In this document: positions 61,090 to 64,000 of the stretch, piece by piece
How the letters are laid out: each line of letters begins with the position of its first letter
Position numbering within the stretch: the first letter of the stretch is position 1
Assembly (NCBI GenBank): GCA_024637045.1
Contig: JAGXFX010000018.1
Span: 3,817-67,816 of the forward strand
Source of the DNA: Soehngenia sp.
Lineage (GTDB): Bacteria; Bacillota; Clostridia; Tissierellales; Tissierellaceae
DNA length: 64,000 nt
Reading direction: 5' to 3'
Notes under the pieces: generated by a model
Seen by the model: the letters and a program-made list of their open reading frames with translations, nothing else
What the model was told of the DNA's origin: nothing
Databases searched by the model: none
Program-made: the position numbers and the translations under genes

Positions 61090-62904
61090 ATGAAAAGAAA
61101 TGATATTAGAAATGTAGCAATTATAGCCCATGTTGACCATGGAAAGACAACTTTGGTTGATAGTCTTCTGAAGCAATCAGGTATATACAGAGACAACCAG
61201 GTTATTCAGGAGAGAGTTATGGACTCGAACGACATAGAAAAAGAGAGAGGAATCACAATACTTGCCAAGAACACGGCCATAACTTACAAGGACACTAAGA
61301 TTAACATCGTAGATACTCCGGGACATGCTGATTTTGGAGGAGAAGTAGAACGGGTTTTAAAGATGGTAAATGGTGTAGTACTTCTTGTAGACGCCTTTGA
61401 GGGATCAATGCCACAAACAAAGTTCGTGTTAAGGAAGGCTCTGGAACTTGAATTACCGGTAGTAGTTGCAATAAACAAGATTGATAGACCACAGGCTCGA
61501 CCTGAGGAAGTAATTGATGAAATTCTCGACTTATTTATTGAGCTTGGAGCCAACAACAATCAGCTTGATTGTCCGTTTGTTTTCACATCAGCCACAGAAG
61601 GTACTGCAACACTTGATCTTGAGGACAAAACGGATTCAATGAAGGACTTGTTTGAGACAATAGTAAAGTATATTCCAGCGCCTGAAGGCGATCCTGAAGG
61701 TGAGACACAAATACTTATTTCCACTATAGATTATAATGAGTATGTTGGTCGTATTGGAATAGGCAAGGTTGAAAGAGGAGTAATTCATACCAACCAGGAA
61801 GTAATAATTGTAAACGCGGTAAAGCCCGAAAGAAGAGTAAAGGCTAAGATTAACAAACTTTACGAATTTGAAGGTCTCAACAGAGTAGAGGTTGAAAGCT
61901 CAACCATGGGAAGTATTGTAGCACTTTCAGGTCCTGCTGACCTTGAAATCGGAGATACACTATGTGATTTGGATACACCTGAAGCAATAGACTTTGTGAA
62001 GATATCAGAGCCAACACTTGCAATGACTTTTTCAGTAAACAACAGTCCTTATGCAGGAATAGAAGGTGATTTTGTAACATCGAGACAACTTAGAAACAGA
62101 CTTTATAAAGAAATCCATACAGATGTCAGTCTTAGGGTTGAAGATACAGACCAAACGGACTCATTCAAGATATCTGGAAGAGGGGAACTTCACTTGTCAG
62201 TATTGATTGAAAACATGAGGAGAGAAGGTTACGAATTCCAGGTCTCAAAACCAGAGGTTTTATATAAAACCGTAGAAGGCAAGAAACATGAACCGATGGA
62301 GAAGGTAACAGTTGATGTCGACAATGAATTTGTGGGAGCTGTAATCGATAAGCTAGGACAAAGAAAAGGCGAGCTGGTAAGCATGTCAGAACCAGTTGGA
62401 GGATATGCTAGGCTGATATTTTCAATTCCGGCACGTGGTCTGATAGGATATAGACAGGAATTTCTAACAGATACAAAGGGAAATGGAATATTGAATACGA
62501 TATTTGATGGCTATGCACCCTATAAGGGTGACATACCTAGAAGAAAATCTGGTTCAATAATCGCTTTTGAAACCGGACAAGCTACAGGCTATGGGTTGTA
62601 TTCCGCACAGGAAAGGGGTATATTATTCATAGGTGCAGGAACAGATGTTTATGAAGGCATGGTTGTTGGATCCAATCCAAAAGGACTTGATATTGAAGTC
62701 AATGTTTCAAAGAGAAAACAACAGTCTAATGTTAGAGCTTCTGGATCTGATGATTCTCTAAGGTTATCACCTCCAAAATATATGTCCCTTGAAGAGGCAT
62801 TGGAATTCATTGCAGACGATGAACTTATTGAAGTTACTCCAATGAATATCAGAATCAGAAAAAGAGTTTTGCAAACCAATAAGCGATATAAATCAAAAAA
62901 ATAA
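61090..62904 (+). CDS. typA: Translational GTPase TypA/BipA
   Basis: AHVDHGKTT, ERGITILAK, DTPGHADFGGEVER, GRGELHL, RREGYE. Confidence 0.97.
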   Translation: MKRNDIRNVAIIAHVDHGKTTLVDSLLKQSGIYRDNQVIQERVMDSNDIEKERGITILAKNTAITYKDTKINIVDTPGHADFGGEVERVLKMVNGVVLLVDAFEGSMPQTKFVLRKALELELPVVVAINKIDRPQARPEEVIDEILDLFIELGANNNQLDCPFVFTSATEGTATLDLEDKTDSMKDLFETIVKYIPAPEGDPEGETQILISTIDYNEYVGRIGIGKVERGVIHTNQEVIIVNAVKPERRVKAKINKLYEFEGLNRVEVESSTMGSIVALSGPADLEIGDTLCDLDTPEAIDFVKISEPTLAMTFSVNNSPYAGIEGDFVTSRQLRNRLYKEIHTDVSLRVEDTDQTDSFKISGRGELHLSVLIENMRREGYEFQVSKPEVLYKTVEGKKHEPMEKVTVDVDNEFVGAVIDKLGQRKGELVSMSEPVGGYARLIFSIPARGLIGYRQEFLTDTKGNGILNTIFDGYAPYKGDIPRRKSGSIIAFETGQATGYGLYSAQERGILFIGAGTDVYEGMVVGSNPKGLDIEVNVSKRKQQSNVRASGSDDSLRLSPPKYMSLEEALEFIADDELIEVTPMNIRIRKRVLQTNKRYKSKK

Positions 62905-62933
62905 TTTAAAGAACAAAAAGCGGGGAGACTGAA

Positions 62934-64000
62934 ATGGAAAGCCTGTTTTCATCTTACATGTTCATATTTAGCAACCTTATATGGATCAATATACTACTTG
63001 CATTGGTGTTGGTTTTCTTCGAAAGAAGAAACCCAACTTCAACATGGCTGTGGCTTATGGTCCTGCTTTTTTTGCCTGGTGTAGGATTTATTTTCTACCT
63101 TTTTGTTGGACAGGATATGTCAAAGAAAAAAATGTTCAAGTCAAAAGCTGATGAGGATGATTGCTTTGATATCCTTATTGCAGATCAAGAGAAAGATTTC
63201 AACACGAGAGAATTTTTAAAAAGAAACCCGGAATACAAAGCCTATGCTGATATAGTCAAGCTTCATTTGATGGGCAGTAATTCTGTTTTCACATCAGACA
63301 ACGAAGTTGAACTATATTTCAGTGGTGAAGACAAGTTTAAAGCGCTTCTTGAAAGCATAGCTAAAGCTGAAGAATATATCCACATGGAGTATTACATATT
63401 CAATGATGATAAAATGGGAAACGTCGTAATGGAAGCATTAGCTCAAAAAGCCAGTGAAGGAATTGAAGTAAAGCTTCTCATAGACGGAATGGGAAGTAGA
63501 AAACTAGGTAGGAGAATAACTAATGTATTGAGGGAAGCTGGAGGAGAGGTTGTATTCTTTTTCCCTCCATTTATTCCTGTATTTAACGTAAGAATAAATT
63601 ACAGAAACCATAGAAAAATATGTATTATAGATGGAAAAGAAGCTTACATTGGAGGTTTTAATGTAGGAGATGAATACATTGGATTATCTAGCAAGTTTGG
63701 ATACTGGAGGGACACTCATATCAGGATAAAGGGTTCTGCAATCAGTGCCATGCAATGGCAATTCTTTTTAGATTGGAGATTTGCATCAGGCGAGGAGATA
63801 GAGGGATGCCAAAGCTATATTGGTACCCAGGATGAAGATAACAAGGTGGGTATCCAGATAGTAAGCAGCGGACCTGACTCTAAATGGCCAAGTATAAAAG
63901 ATGGTTATCTAAAAATGATTAACAATGCCGAAAAACGACTGTACATTGAGACGCCGTATTTTATTCCTGATGACAGTATTTTTGAAGCTCTTAGAATTGC
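62934..64000 (+). CDS. cls: Cardiolipin synthase (runs off the window end; not in ORF track)
   Basis: Manual translation: N-terminal TMs ERRNPTSTWLWLMVLLFLPGVGFIFYL, first HKD motif NYRNHRKICIIDG, WRDTH. Confidence 0.93.
   Translation, partial: MESLFSSYMFIFSNLIWINILLALVLVFFERRNPTSTWLWLMVLLFLPGVGFIFYLFVGQDMSKKKMFKSKADEDDCFDILIADQEKDFNTREFLKRNPEYKAYADIVKLHLMGSNSVFTSDNEVELYFSGEDKFKALLESIAKAEEYIHMEYYIFNDDKMGNVVMEALAQKASEGIEVKLLIDGMGSRKLGRRITNVLREAGGEVVFFFPPFIPVFNVRINYRNHRKICIIDGKEAYIGGFNVGDEYIGLSSKFGYWRDTHIRIKGSAISAMQWQFFLDWRFASGEEIEGCQSYIGTQDEDNKVGIQIVSSGPDSKWPSIKDGYLKMINNAEKRLYIETPYFIPDDSIFEALRI

Overview
Chromosomal, probably origin-proximal segment of a low-GC anaerobic Firmicute; a Clostridia/Tissierellia-like lineage is an inference from gene content and order. 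1-15.7 kb: S10(3' part)-spc-alpha ribosomal superoperon, ECF module, truA, rplM-rpsI. 15.8-23.5 kb: Fe-S aldo/keto reductase, glycine cleavage operon gcvT-H-PA-PB-lpdA, PAP2. 23.5-34.7 kb: heterodimeric ABC exporter with a leader region, then a redox/sulfur-stress block (Crp/Fnr regulator, ferritin, ArsR + CoA-disulfide reductase-rhodanese + TusA/DsrE, rubrerythrin). 34.7-43.2 kb: cdaA-cdaR-buk-ptb-buk-P-loop protein-2-oxoacid:ferredoxin oxidoreductase. 43.2-50 kb: fatty-acid synthesis cluster including a FabX-like flavoprotein. 50-64 kb: cca, glmM, DegV, tRNA-Leu, tig-clpP-clpX-lon-yihA, rubredoxin, RsbW-like protein, typA, cls (partial). No mobile element, CRISPR array or rRNA seen. Top finding: a candidate programmed -1 ribosomal frameshift (G_GGA_AAG plus a hairpin 6 nt downstream) that would give two isoforms of the CoA-disulfide reductase-rhodanese enzyme, with and without TusA-DsrE sulfur-carrier domains. 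A single-base sequencing error is the main alternative. Also notable: an unannotated 32-aa leader-peptide attenuator upstream of the ABC exporter, and a tandem DnaA-box cluster between convergent genes after rpsI. Family assignments are from motif recognition only; no database searches were run.
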